A stretch of 62,178 nt of DNA, the filler included, from Choristocarpus tenellus KU-1152 (Eukaryota > Protista > Phaeophyceae): assembly GCA_964200185.2 (NCBI GenBank). It is 16 parts of 16 records of this genome, joined end to end, with 100 filler letters (N's around TTAATTAATTAA, not from the genome) between each part and the next. Parts side by side here need not be neighbours in the genome. Positions count along the whole stretch, not along the records: positions 51,136 to 54,720 come from CAXNAD020019103.1; positions 54,821 to 58,543 come from CAXNAD020018289.1; positions 58,644 to 62,178 come from CAXNAD020019398.1; 13 more parts are not named here. One strand, written 5' to 3'. Position 1 is the stretch's first letter. Each line of letters starts with the position of its first letter. Position numbers and translations under genes: made by a program. The notes under the pieces were generated by a model. That model had not been told where the DNA came from and ran no database searches. It saw only the letters and a program-made list of their open reading frames with translations. Below, piece by piece: positions 52,500-62,178 of the stretch.

Positions 52500-53496
52500 A
52501 TCATTATCCCCTTTGCAACTTCCTCCTTAAGGATCCCCAAGTATTCAACCAGGAAACTGCGAGCACGTCCTTTCCTCTTCTCTGTCAGATGTAGAATCTT
52601 GGTTTGTCATTTTCACAGATAGCCTAAGTTCTTCAGGATGGTATCCAGACCCCTCAATGACAGTTCCACCCCAAATTTTGTCTTCACCCAGGTCACCAAG
52701 TATCGACAGAAGATCGTAGTTTCCAATGAGTGCTGTATAAAGATGAAGAGTCCATCTTTTGTCAAGTGTGATTTGGAGTGAAAATATCTTAGAGGGTACG
52801 AGTTTTGCCCTATTTGTCCATTTGGGGCTTGGCTTCCCATGAGTTCTTTTATGACATTTTCATACTCCAAATTGTTTCAGAGTAGGTAAAATGTATACGT
52901 TACGAAAAGGTCTGTCCGAAACAAGGATGTTGAAACACATTAACAAACACGATAGCCAAAATTACATCAAAATTACAACATTGGATTTGGTCCCCAAATG
53001 GATGCGGCCCTACCCTCTAAGATAATTTGACTCCTTAAGGAGCTTGCATCTATTATCGGAGTCCACTTGAAGAGTCCCCCTCCCAGCCCTGTGCAAAAGA
53101 TCTGTCCTTTCTCCTTCCAAGTTTTCATGATGTGGAAAACCTTGTCGTATCCCACTCCCACTGCTAGGCGGACAGCCCAATCGCCTCAGCTCGGTCCACA
53201 TGGTTATTGATAACAAGCTGGTAGTACAGGATCAGTAGTGCAAGTGCCTTCACCTCGGGAATCACCTCTCTGCTGACCAACTCAAGTTTCTCCATTTGCT
53301 CTTTGGCATCAGCTTCCCTAACCTGTTGAGCAGTATGTCTGGCGGCGTCCTCCACCCAATTTCTTCCTCGTTGCTGCCGTCCAAACCCTTGCCTAGTCTT
53401 TCCTTGGCCTCGCACTCTTATTTTGCGGCGTTCCCACACGTCTGCCGGTGCCTCTGAGGCCGACCCTCTCAATCTCTTGCTTTTGTTAGTCGCCAT
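52500..53496 (-). pseudogene. Degenerate IS630/Tc1-like transposase N-terminal (HTH) region, interrupted by a MITE
   Basis: MATNKSKR...GVGYDKVFHIMKTWKEKGQI... [MITE] ...LVTWVKTKFGVELSLRGLDTILKNLGYL*K*...RARSFLVEYLGILKEE resembles the winged-HTH region that precedes the first catalytic D; no DDE core is visible. Confidence 0.55.
52776..53033 (-). mobile_element. MITE subfamily C copy, reverse orientation
   Basis: GAGTGAAAATATCTTAGAGGGTACG...TACCCTCTAAGATAATTTGACTC; flanks TTTG/CTTA. Confidence 0.85.
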
Positions 53497-54820
53497 CCTG
53501 GGACCCCTTCCTTGGGGCGTCAACAACTCGAGATTGACATTTTATCACAAAAACCCCCGAGGCCGTTCGTCTACTCCCGTTCTCCCTGACCTCAACTATG
53601 TGTATTGTTCTGTTCTTGTTCGATCTAGAAAAATCTGAGACCTATCAGGGCTTTCGAGAAGGTCCACCCAATATTTTTACAGACGCCAACAGGCGAATAT
53701 TTAGAGATAGGCGCCAAAGGTTTCATCGACGTGAAGCTGAAATTACAGACTTACACCCTATAACATCATAACAAGAAATAACGATAGAAGCTGATAATTG
53801 CAATCATGTTTGACTGATGAAAATTTCGTAAAAATGTGAAATAGTTGGAAACAACGGGCAGACAGGTTTTTCAGACTGGAGGAGAACGAGAAGACCTACA
53901 GGAGGTAGAGAAAGGAAAGATAAGGCAGGTAGGTTGAGCAACCCTCAGAAGGTCACTCAGAGAAGGAGCGAACAGGGAACGTGATTGAGGGGGCTTGAAA
54001 GCTCCACTCAACAACCCAATATTGGAGTCCTCAGAAAGCAGCATTCATGAGGAATAGACCTTAAAGTACACCTTTTACCAGAAGGACCCTTTGAGGGTAT
54101 ACCTAGGAAGGAAGGCGGTTATTATAGAAAGCAAGAGATAAAAATCTTGATCAGTACTTCCATCTGTGAATGTCTCCTTCTCCTACATTATATTGCTTCC
54201 TCCAACTTCTTCTTGGCTCTTGAAAATTCTAGGGGATTTCTTACAATTGTACGTCTAACGATTGTTTATACAAAAACGAGTAGGTATTTTGGTGGGAAAA
54301 CATGTAGTAGGTATATATGGTACATAGTATTATGCCGTCGGAGATTTGTATGTAAGTAAAGCAAACCAATATCACAAGAACTACAAAAAAGTAACAGTTG
54401 TCGTAAATGTGGAAGGTATCTCTTTTGAAATACTATTTGCTCTTTACTATGCCTCTAACCTAGCTTAGCCCTACACACAAGTAGGCGAGGAGCTAGAGAG
54501 ATATGCCAAGAATCCGACACAGGTTCCTTCTTCCCCATCTGGCTGGTGCCTCTATTTTTCATCTGATGGGACACAAGCTTTAGCCACACATCTAAGCGAG
54601 ATGGAGGACAAGCAGGTAGCCTGGCTCCTCAACTCCTGGTCCCTCTCCTCCCGGCTAGGCTATCTTGTGAGGGTCACTCCCCCCCTCCTGGCACGCTCCA
54701 CCATGGAGCAAGCAGACAATNNNNNNNNNNNNNNNNNNNNNNNNNNNNNNNNNNNNNNNNNNNNTTAATTAATTAANNNNNNNNNNNNNNNNNNNNNNNN
54801 NNNNNNNNNNNNNNNNNNNN

Positions 54821-54847
54821 ACCCCCCCACCCCAGATACTTTGAGTC
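54821..54847. mobile_element. Isolated MITE TIR at a contig start
   Basis: (C)nAGATACTTTGAGTC. Further isolated TIRs at 42172-42192, about 42300-42327, 48073-48100, about 58527-58543 and 58644-58680. Confidence 0.75.
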
Positions 54848-57800
54848 CAAATATATTAATATAATAGTAAAAATGAACAGGGCAGCCAAGATTGAATTCT
54901 TGCGCACCTCCCTTTGATTTGCACCAGTGTTAGTTGCTAAAAGTGAAAACATAAAATAAATAACCTACTATATGCTACTGTGCTATATAATGGTTGATAT
55001 TTAGGTAGATGTGATCAGGTTAGAAATGTTTTGAACTGATAGTTCAAGTAAGCATCCTTACTGTCATCCTTACCAAAGAAGTTCGGTTGATCACTTATTT
55101 TGTGTATTTGTATGCTCCAAAGATGACACTATCGTTGCCCACCCCCCATTCGCTCTTTCCAGCAGAACTAACGATTACATCTACTATGAATACCATCAGT
55201 TCATCCTTAGAGGACACCTGCTTTATCACTCCTCCTTCTAGGGCCGTGTATTGCATTTCCTTCTTCCCATGATTGTTTGGCCCTTTCCAGCATTCAGTGT
55301 GAGTTGGGGCACATCCTGGAACGGACGTGGCCGTATCTCAACTGCCTTTAGGGGATCGTAACTTTCATCAGTCCCTGATGCACCCCTACCCATACTGTAG
55401 TCCCTACTTCATTTGGAAAAGACTGTTTCAATGCCTGTCCAACCCCATGCCTTTTCCAATGGTTATCCCCCCCACTGAAGAGTACAAAGCACGTAGTTAT
55501 TGCAAAGGAACATTTTGCAGCTCGTATTGAGACTCGAAGTTCGAATTACGTTGCTTCTGATGGATTGGGGTGACAGATTGTCACCCTCAATGAAAATATC
55601 GACATGCTTTTTCAGGCATTTTTTGCAACGGTGTCGATGACTAGTAATACTACAATACTCGTTGAACAAAAGTTGTCTGAAAAGTACTGGAGGAAAGAAG
55701 TCGTATTATAGACATAGGGTTCAACACGTCAAGTCGTCTCCAACAATCAAATTCTGTCCACTACCATATGAAGGCCTCTCCGTTTTGACCCACCCTAGTA
55801 TGTTTTAGGTCATTTTAGGTAGGAGGGTTGCGTTTGCTTGACGGAATTGCTAACATTTAGATGTCCAAAGCCCTACTCTTCATGGGGAATCTGATGGTGA
55901 CCACCCCGCTGACTATTTCTGTAGGAGCGTATCATTTGACCGAGCAGTCTACGTATCATCATCACGGTTGGTAGTACTAGTAGTAGTGTATTATACACGC
56001 AAAATAGTTCAAACGCATCTTCACTACTATTATCGTTTTCAATGGGGTTAACAGTCAGTAGTAGTAGAATATTCGGGCAAAGATGGTACACGTATGATGC
56101 CACTAAGAAGTAGATAACGAACAGATTCTCCGTGTCAATGCGTGTAAGAACGAGGATGAATCGATAAAAAAGACTTCATTCAGCATACTTTTTCCCTCAG
56201 TCAATAACGACGTCTGCGTTTGTCGAGATATGATCATTACGTCTGGAAGCATTGTCATCATGCACCCCCTTTCTTTGCTCTCTCAGCACTGCGCACTTGC
56301 TTGAGCTACCCAGTACTTCATGTTGTATTCCTAAGTAGCAGTTAAATATCATCAGTTGCACACAATTTCTTTGAATCGCAGAGAGCAATGACCTGTGGGC
56401 AGCAGTAGAGGAATAAAATAAATATCGTACCTGGTACGACACACCACACATAGACCACACGCCAAACATTTACACCATCCGCCCAGACTCTTAACATGCA
56501 TCCCACTCAGGACCCACACCCACACAAAAACATCCACCCAAAACACCCGATACACTCATTTCAAGGTTCCCACAATACTACCATATGTGGAAAAACCTGG
56601 GACAAACCCCTTCAACTATAAGGTGTACAACACACCACAACAAACATCGTAGCTAAGAAAAGCCCTAGTACTGCATCAACCAGAGGTAAGACTTCAAAAA
56701 ACCCATAAGATTTCCACCACATACAAGACAGTATCTCATCCCAGCTATTACAGCACGTAGAGATCGACACAGGAAAAACAGCATTCAAGGCTAAGTCATG
56801 TCGAGAGTACACTGGCCTCAGTGTTACATGTTTCTGCTCAACATTAAAAGAAAAATAAACCCTCCAATTAACAGCCAACTCACACACCCCACCCGCCCTC
56901 GTAGTGATAAAATTCTTAAGCATGTCAAGGTCATACACTGTATAACATGAAGGTCCTTCAGAGCCAAGCACGCACCACTCTCTTTTACCTTACAAGGCAC
57001 AGTTGGCAATATAATCCCCCAACAGCAAAACAACAGACATGAACATGACACAGTAATTGGTGGTACCATCAAACCAACCATCAGCCTACTTTTCCTGCTC
57101 TGAGAATGGAGGGCGGAGAGGGGGGGTTGCCCCCCTACAACTAGGCCTGCCCCCCCAGACCTTGTACACTCAGTGTGGACTGTATTGTAAAAGAATGACT
57201 ACTTTTGCTAAGATAAACCAACAAACCTGCATCTAACGCCCTGTACAATTCTCACCCGCATAATCATCTTTGTCTCTCCCCCATCTCCCCTTCTTCAGCC
57301 AATCACACGACCAAATGAAGGAGACAATGCCACCAAATGATATACGCCACAACTCAATCAAACACCAAAAAGGGGTCCAGGCTGGGCCTTGGCATGCTTG
57401 GAGAGTATTATCTCCCCCCTGCGGACACAGCTGGTGATACTGCCTTGATGTCCTCCCCCTTCAAATACAACACAGAGGCGAGATGTTGAAAGGTGGGATG
57501 AAGAACAATAGGGCAAGATAAGCAAATAGCAATGTATCTTGCGCAGCAAACCAATCAGGTCATTGTAGTGGTCATAGAAACAAGCGACATGATAAACCAA
57601 ACCCTAACCCTAACCTCGAGATGTCAACTCTCCTAATCGTGGCCTCTTTGAACAACCTTTACAGACCTGCCTAGGTTGTTTTTATCTACACAGCCAGAAG
57701 AACTACTAAGCAACCTAACGCTGTCATCACTTCTTACCCCTCGCTCACCCACTCAATTGTCAAGGCTCACCATAAAGGGCAATAGTGTACACATCACTCC

Positions 57801-59572
57801 AACTAAAAGGTAACATTCATTGAACAAGGTCAAGAGGCATTCTCAACACCCTTGAAAGGCGCTTTTGCCCTGGTAAGTGTGTGGGGAACACAGTGCTGTA
57901 CACATGTAGTAGGTAACCAGGACTCTAGCCTTGAGCTCGTAAAATAATATAATAGTAGTAATACTCCTCCAAGTTATATTCAGTTACAAAGTACACATAC
58001 TTGGAGTATCTACCACTGCCATGAACCGTGACAGTTTCATTACCTCAGCTTTAAAAAAAGAGAAAAAAAATGAGAGCATGACAAAAAGAGTTACGCTGTT
58101 CAGTTATGTTTTTTTTTCCATGCTGTGAAGCTATTGTATCATTTATATATTTTTTTATTGCACAGCGAATACGTAATAAAAAAAATAACATGCTTTCATC
58201 GCCGTGTTTGTTGTCTGTGACCTCTCCTAAGCATACACCCACAAGAATTCTGTGTGTAAAAAGAGTTGAGTTGACAAAGAGTCACATTAAGCCCATCTTC
58301 ACACCCTCAACACTCAAAACTCTTCAGTCACATGCAATTGCAAATCCTCCCCCCCCCTCCCTGCACAAAAAATTAGTCATAGCCTGTCTCAGATCATACT
58401 CTCTGATATTATGGGAGACCTTATTTCTGATCACATAGAAAGAGCACAGAAGAGAAGAATGTCAAGTCAAAATCTAGTGCCTCCGACAGGGTTCCTCACA
58501 ACCCAAGGGGCGTTTTGCCTCATGGGGCCTTAAGTATCTGGGGNNNNNNNNNNNNNNNNNNNNNNNNNNNNNNNNNNNNNNNNNNNNTTAATTAATTAAN
58601 NNNNNNNNNNNNNNNNNNNNNNNNNNNNNNNNNNNNNNNNNNNATGGACAGCCGCCACCCCCTCCCAGATACTTTGAGCCTGTGTAAGTGTGTGTAGGAA
58701 TCCATATGTATACAGCTTGTGCAAACAGTCAAAGAGCATGGATCAAGTTGTACACATGTCATGGTCACAAGTGAAAACTACGGGGGAGAGTTATCCACAC
58801 AACAGCACTTGCTAATTCAAGGATTGGCTTTCTTTGTCACAATATCTGGCTTCACTTCTTGCAGGGCATTGTAGGGTAGAAAATGTCGTTTTGGCGTAAT
58901 CAAAAAGATTCAGGAACTGGTACATGACACGGATGAAGGGCAGCAATCAAGATCTACCCATTTTCTCTTTGACAAAGGAAGAAGATGGGATGGGGTGCCA
59001 GTGAGTGGTTAAACAGTTAAACAGTTTCTGCTCCGATTTGTACTGAGAACAGATAGGACAGTGTCTCTGCTCGTCCTTAATTTCAACTAGGAACTTCTTT
59101 CTCCTTGCATCGTTCAGGGAGCATCACTGGATCATATTCAAACAGAGAACAAAACTATTCAGGAAATGGGTCGGGTTCTTTAGGCAAACAACCAGTGCAA
59201 GCTCAGGTAGATAAGCACTCCACCTCTCTCTAAAAAAATATGGATAGCTACCTCACTATCTCTATACATGTCCAAAATAACACCTCTGTACACTAAGAAT
59301 TACTTGTACATACAGTACCCAGGATGCAGCACCAGTGAGAATCAGCACAAACCTGGATCATTGTACTTGCGAGTGCAGGATGATGCAGGTCGCCGTACCC
59401 AGCTAGGTGTGCAAATATAGGAAAGAAATCCTTGGTACTGACATTGTCATAAACCAGGCAAAGGTTGAGGTGGAGGCAGGGTGCGTTTGAGGCAATATCG
59501 CACCGTAGTCACCATCAATCCCTTCCTTCACATAGCACCCCTGACATAGGAAATATTACAGTACAATAACAG

Positions 59573-59704
59573 TGCTCTCCCCTTTGCCAACCACCTTCTC
59601 TGAAACGGACTCTGAAGATGAGTCCACCAGAGGCATTGCTCTCCCCTTTGCCAACCACCTTCTCTGAAACGGACTCTGAAGATGAGTCCACCAGAGGCAT
59701 TGCT
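59573..59704. repeat. Perfect 64-bp tandem duplication
   Basis: 59573-59636 is identical to 59637-59700, bounded by TGCT microhomology (59701-59704). Confidence 0.95.
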
Positions 59705-60583
59705 ACACCATGGTTGTAGCCCATTGACTCTGTCTCCCCAAAGGAGGCCAGGAGCCGAAGATCCTGAAGGCAATCATGCACCTTATTTCTACAGCTTGTC
59801 CCCCCAATCCCTACAAATATTTTGCTAGTGCTAACCACTTCCTGGGTTTGCCTACCTCCTCGGTCCTCATAGGACCTTTGGAGCTACTTGTTACTTGAAA
59901 AAAAAATGCAGCGACTCTGGTAAGTGCACAACTACATCCGCAACCTAAAACTCTCAACATGAGAAGAACAGAGAAGATCCCTTCAGCCACAAAATAGCAA
60001 CAAAAAAGGGTTTCCAACAACTTGGCAAGTGTTTATTAATCTAATTCCATCACAACCTGTATAAGTGACTGCTAGGGGCTTTTCTCAGTCCTATTGTACA
60101 TAGGAACATATTCCATATCTTGATGTATGCGGGTGTGACATGCCGTCTTCTACAACATATGCCCATGCTCAAGTCCACATTTCCTATATATTGAGTTACC
60201 ATTGTTGCTAAGGGGACTCCGTGACTGTTCTTGGCTTACACGTTTCCGTCCCAACATTCTCCAATCTAATAACAAAAGATCCATCTATAGGATCTTTTCT
60301 TCTACAACCACAGACTTCTGATCAAGGCTGCTGCCTGAGGTTGGACCATGAAAAAAGGGTTCAGGCATCACGTGTATATGCCCCATAACAATAAAGTGGT
60401 CAAAATTTATCCCCCTCTAGGATGATTTGGCTCATTTCTAACATCTAATTCTACCTGAGGTCACCAACTTCAAAATGTATATTTTTTATACTCCAGGAGA
60501 ATATCAGATAGTCCTAAGTCACTTGGGTGCGATCGGCTGCACTGAATATTTCAGGAAATTAACGAGAAGTCTAAGTCAGCATG

Positions 60584-61369
60584 CTAAACTACCATGGGCG
60601 GCAGAGGTACAGAGGACACGCCTGCTGCTGACGAAAGCCTTGGCCGTTCATTATATAATACAGGCCGAAATATAAATCGATAGCAAATAATGGCAATCGA
60701 CAGCAACTCTGTCACCAGGAACACAATCAAGACCCTCCCAAGAGTACCCGGAGCCAATCTGTCTTTCCTGCTCACCAGCAGGAAAACTTCAAATGCCTTT
60801 TCGAAGGCATACAGTACCACAGTGACATATACCGTAATGTGCAGTGCACTGTTCATGAGTGGTCTTATGCGGCTTATGACTATATATAATGCTGGAGGCA
60901 TGGAAACCGACAACACACAGAGAAGCAACCTTAGATCCTTATCGCCATCAAATGGTCCCCACACTGGAAAAAAAATAGCCCAAAGATCGATAGATAAGAC
61001 AGATATATAGACACCTCTGAAGGGCCAGCTTATCATACCATCTGATATTATCCTTCCCCTCTCATTTCTTGCTGGGTCAACCAAATTATGAATAGGATCC
61101 TTCAGCACAATCTTGAACTTTGTTGGACCATCAAGATCGTCCAAGTCTCGAAACTTTGCAAGGAAATTGAAAAGGGTGAATAGTTCACCGAGAACTTCGC
61201 ACGATCCGGTAGCTAGGAAAAATGCCTTCTCAAACTTGGTGAAGATGTTCAGCTCCTCAATCACCCAGACGAACTCGAGAATGGTCTCCATCAGCCCACA
61301 CACACCCAGAAAATGTAGTAACAGGTCCCTCATGGATAGAACTCGGCAAATAGGCCACCAAGTATTTAT
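60584..61369 (-). CDS. Probable terminal exon of an unknown multi-pass membrane protein
   Basis: Longest ORF in the window (249 aa from ATG 61333, open back to a TTGACAG acceptor ending at 61370); several hydrophobic stretches of about 20 aa; no recognisable family motif. Confidence 0.6.
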   Translation of the reverse strand: MNTWWPICRVLSMRDLLLHFLGVCGLMETILEFVWVIEELNIFTKFEKAFFLATGSCEVLGELFTLFNFLAKFRDLDDLDGPTKFKIVLKDPIHNLVDPARNERGRIISDGMISWPFRGVYISVLSIDLWAIFFPVWGPFDGDKDLRLLLCVLSVSMPPALYIVISRIRPLMNSALHITVYVTVVLYAFEKAFEVFLLVSRKDRLAPGTLGRVLIVFLVTELLSIAIICYRFIFRPVLYNERPRLSSAAGVSSVPLPPMVV

Positions 61370-61961
61370 CTGTCAACTTGTTGCTGTAGGCATGCGCAAA
61401 GATTGAAATGGAATTTTAGATGTGCTAAAAGCACGTTTTCTGCAGGAGAAGAGAGTTCGTACAGAATGACACTGTTTTAGATATATGTTAGCACTAAAGT
61501 CAAGACATTTTGGGAGTTCATTGATATTTTATTTTATGACAAAACATTCATTGATAAAATGATACTATTAAATACCGCTCGAGGAGATGTTAGGTACTAG
61601 ATCACTGCATAGCATCAACCTACAGTGTCCTTGTTGTACTATCTTCACATCACTGATGAGACATTCACTTAGGCTAATGACCCCTGCCCCCCATCCATTA
61701 TGCGATTAGGATATACTCAAATTGCTCTTGAAGATGTAATTCGAAGTGGATCTACTCCAGTACTATCCTTATATCGGATTGCATTCATGTCAAGATATAT
61801 TTCAACAATGTAAGTCATTTCAGCTCCTTAGATCTGACTCCCAATCAACTTGTAAGGATATTTTGTTCACTCTGAGGATTTCGATATCTTACCTTACCTG
61901 TGCCCCTTTACACCTCTTATGGCATGATGGAAATCAACAGTATTGTGGTCATACATTGTGA

Positions 61962-62178
61962 GAGTCAAAGTATCTGAGGGAGGGGGATGGTTTGTGAGGG
62001 GGCGTCCGTTTCGGTCAAACAAGGGTCGTAGTATCTGGGGAGGGGGGTAGCGGCTGTCCATTTGGGGTCAATTATTTTATGTCGCGATTTTTGAGTGATT
62101 TGGTTGGATACGTCGGATGGATGATGTAAATGCACTTTTCCTGATTTTGGTGTAAATGGACACCCTGGTATACCCACC
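61962..62178 (+). mobile_element. Nested MITEs: subfamily A end (61962-62022) interrupted by subfamily B (62023 to window end)
   Basis: GAGTCAAAGTATCTG..GGCGTCCGTTTCGGTCAAACAA is directly followed by GGGTCGTAGTATCTGGGG..GCTGTCCATTTGGGGTCAA, which matches 25376-25549. Confidence 0.85.

Noticed and set aside
60690-61406. Plus-strand ORFs of 106 and 97 aa
   Set aside because: Ser/Thr-rich antisense shadows of the minus-strand 249-aa frame.
1-62178. Functional clustering of TPI, FAD4, WD40 and membrane genes
   Set aside because: They lie on separate contigs joined artificially, so proximity carries no information.

Overview
This window is not one contiguous locus. It is 16 short eukaryotic contigs (2.6-6.9 kb) joined by 15 identical artificial 100-bp linkers (N44-TTAATTAATTAA-N44), so adjacency across linkers has no biological meaning. 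The content points to a photosynthetic stramenopile with long introns, most likely a brown alga: a bipartite plastid-targeting 'G-FAP' presequence, a CRE-type retroelement tail of the kind common in brown algae, and TTAGGG-like repeats. Host gene fragments I can reconstruct by splicing: the last two exons of triosephosphate isomerase, the first four exons of a plastid FAD4/TMEM189-family desaturase, four exons of a CFAP43/CFAP44-like WD40 protein, two exons of an unknown protein with a probable GC-AG intron, and a long terminal exon of an unknown multi-pass membrane protein. The rest is mostly decayed transposons: Ty1/copia pieces, two IS630/Tc1-like transposase relics, a CRE non-LTR relic and foldback elements. 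The most striking structure the ORF track does not explain is a very abundant MITE system. It has at least three unrelated internal sequences that share a 14-bp TIR G(A/G)(G/C)TCAAAGTATCT and an internal GTCC(A/G)TTT motif, shows 3-4 bp TSDs, nests one subfamily inside another twice, and sits at 8 of 30 internal contig ends. I found no CRISPR array, rRNA, intact tRNA or clearly new multi-gene system.
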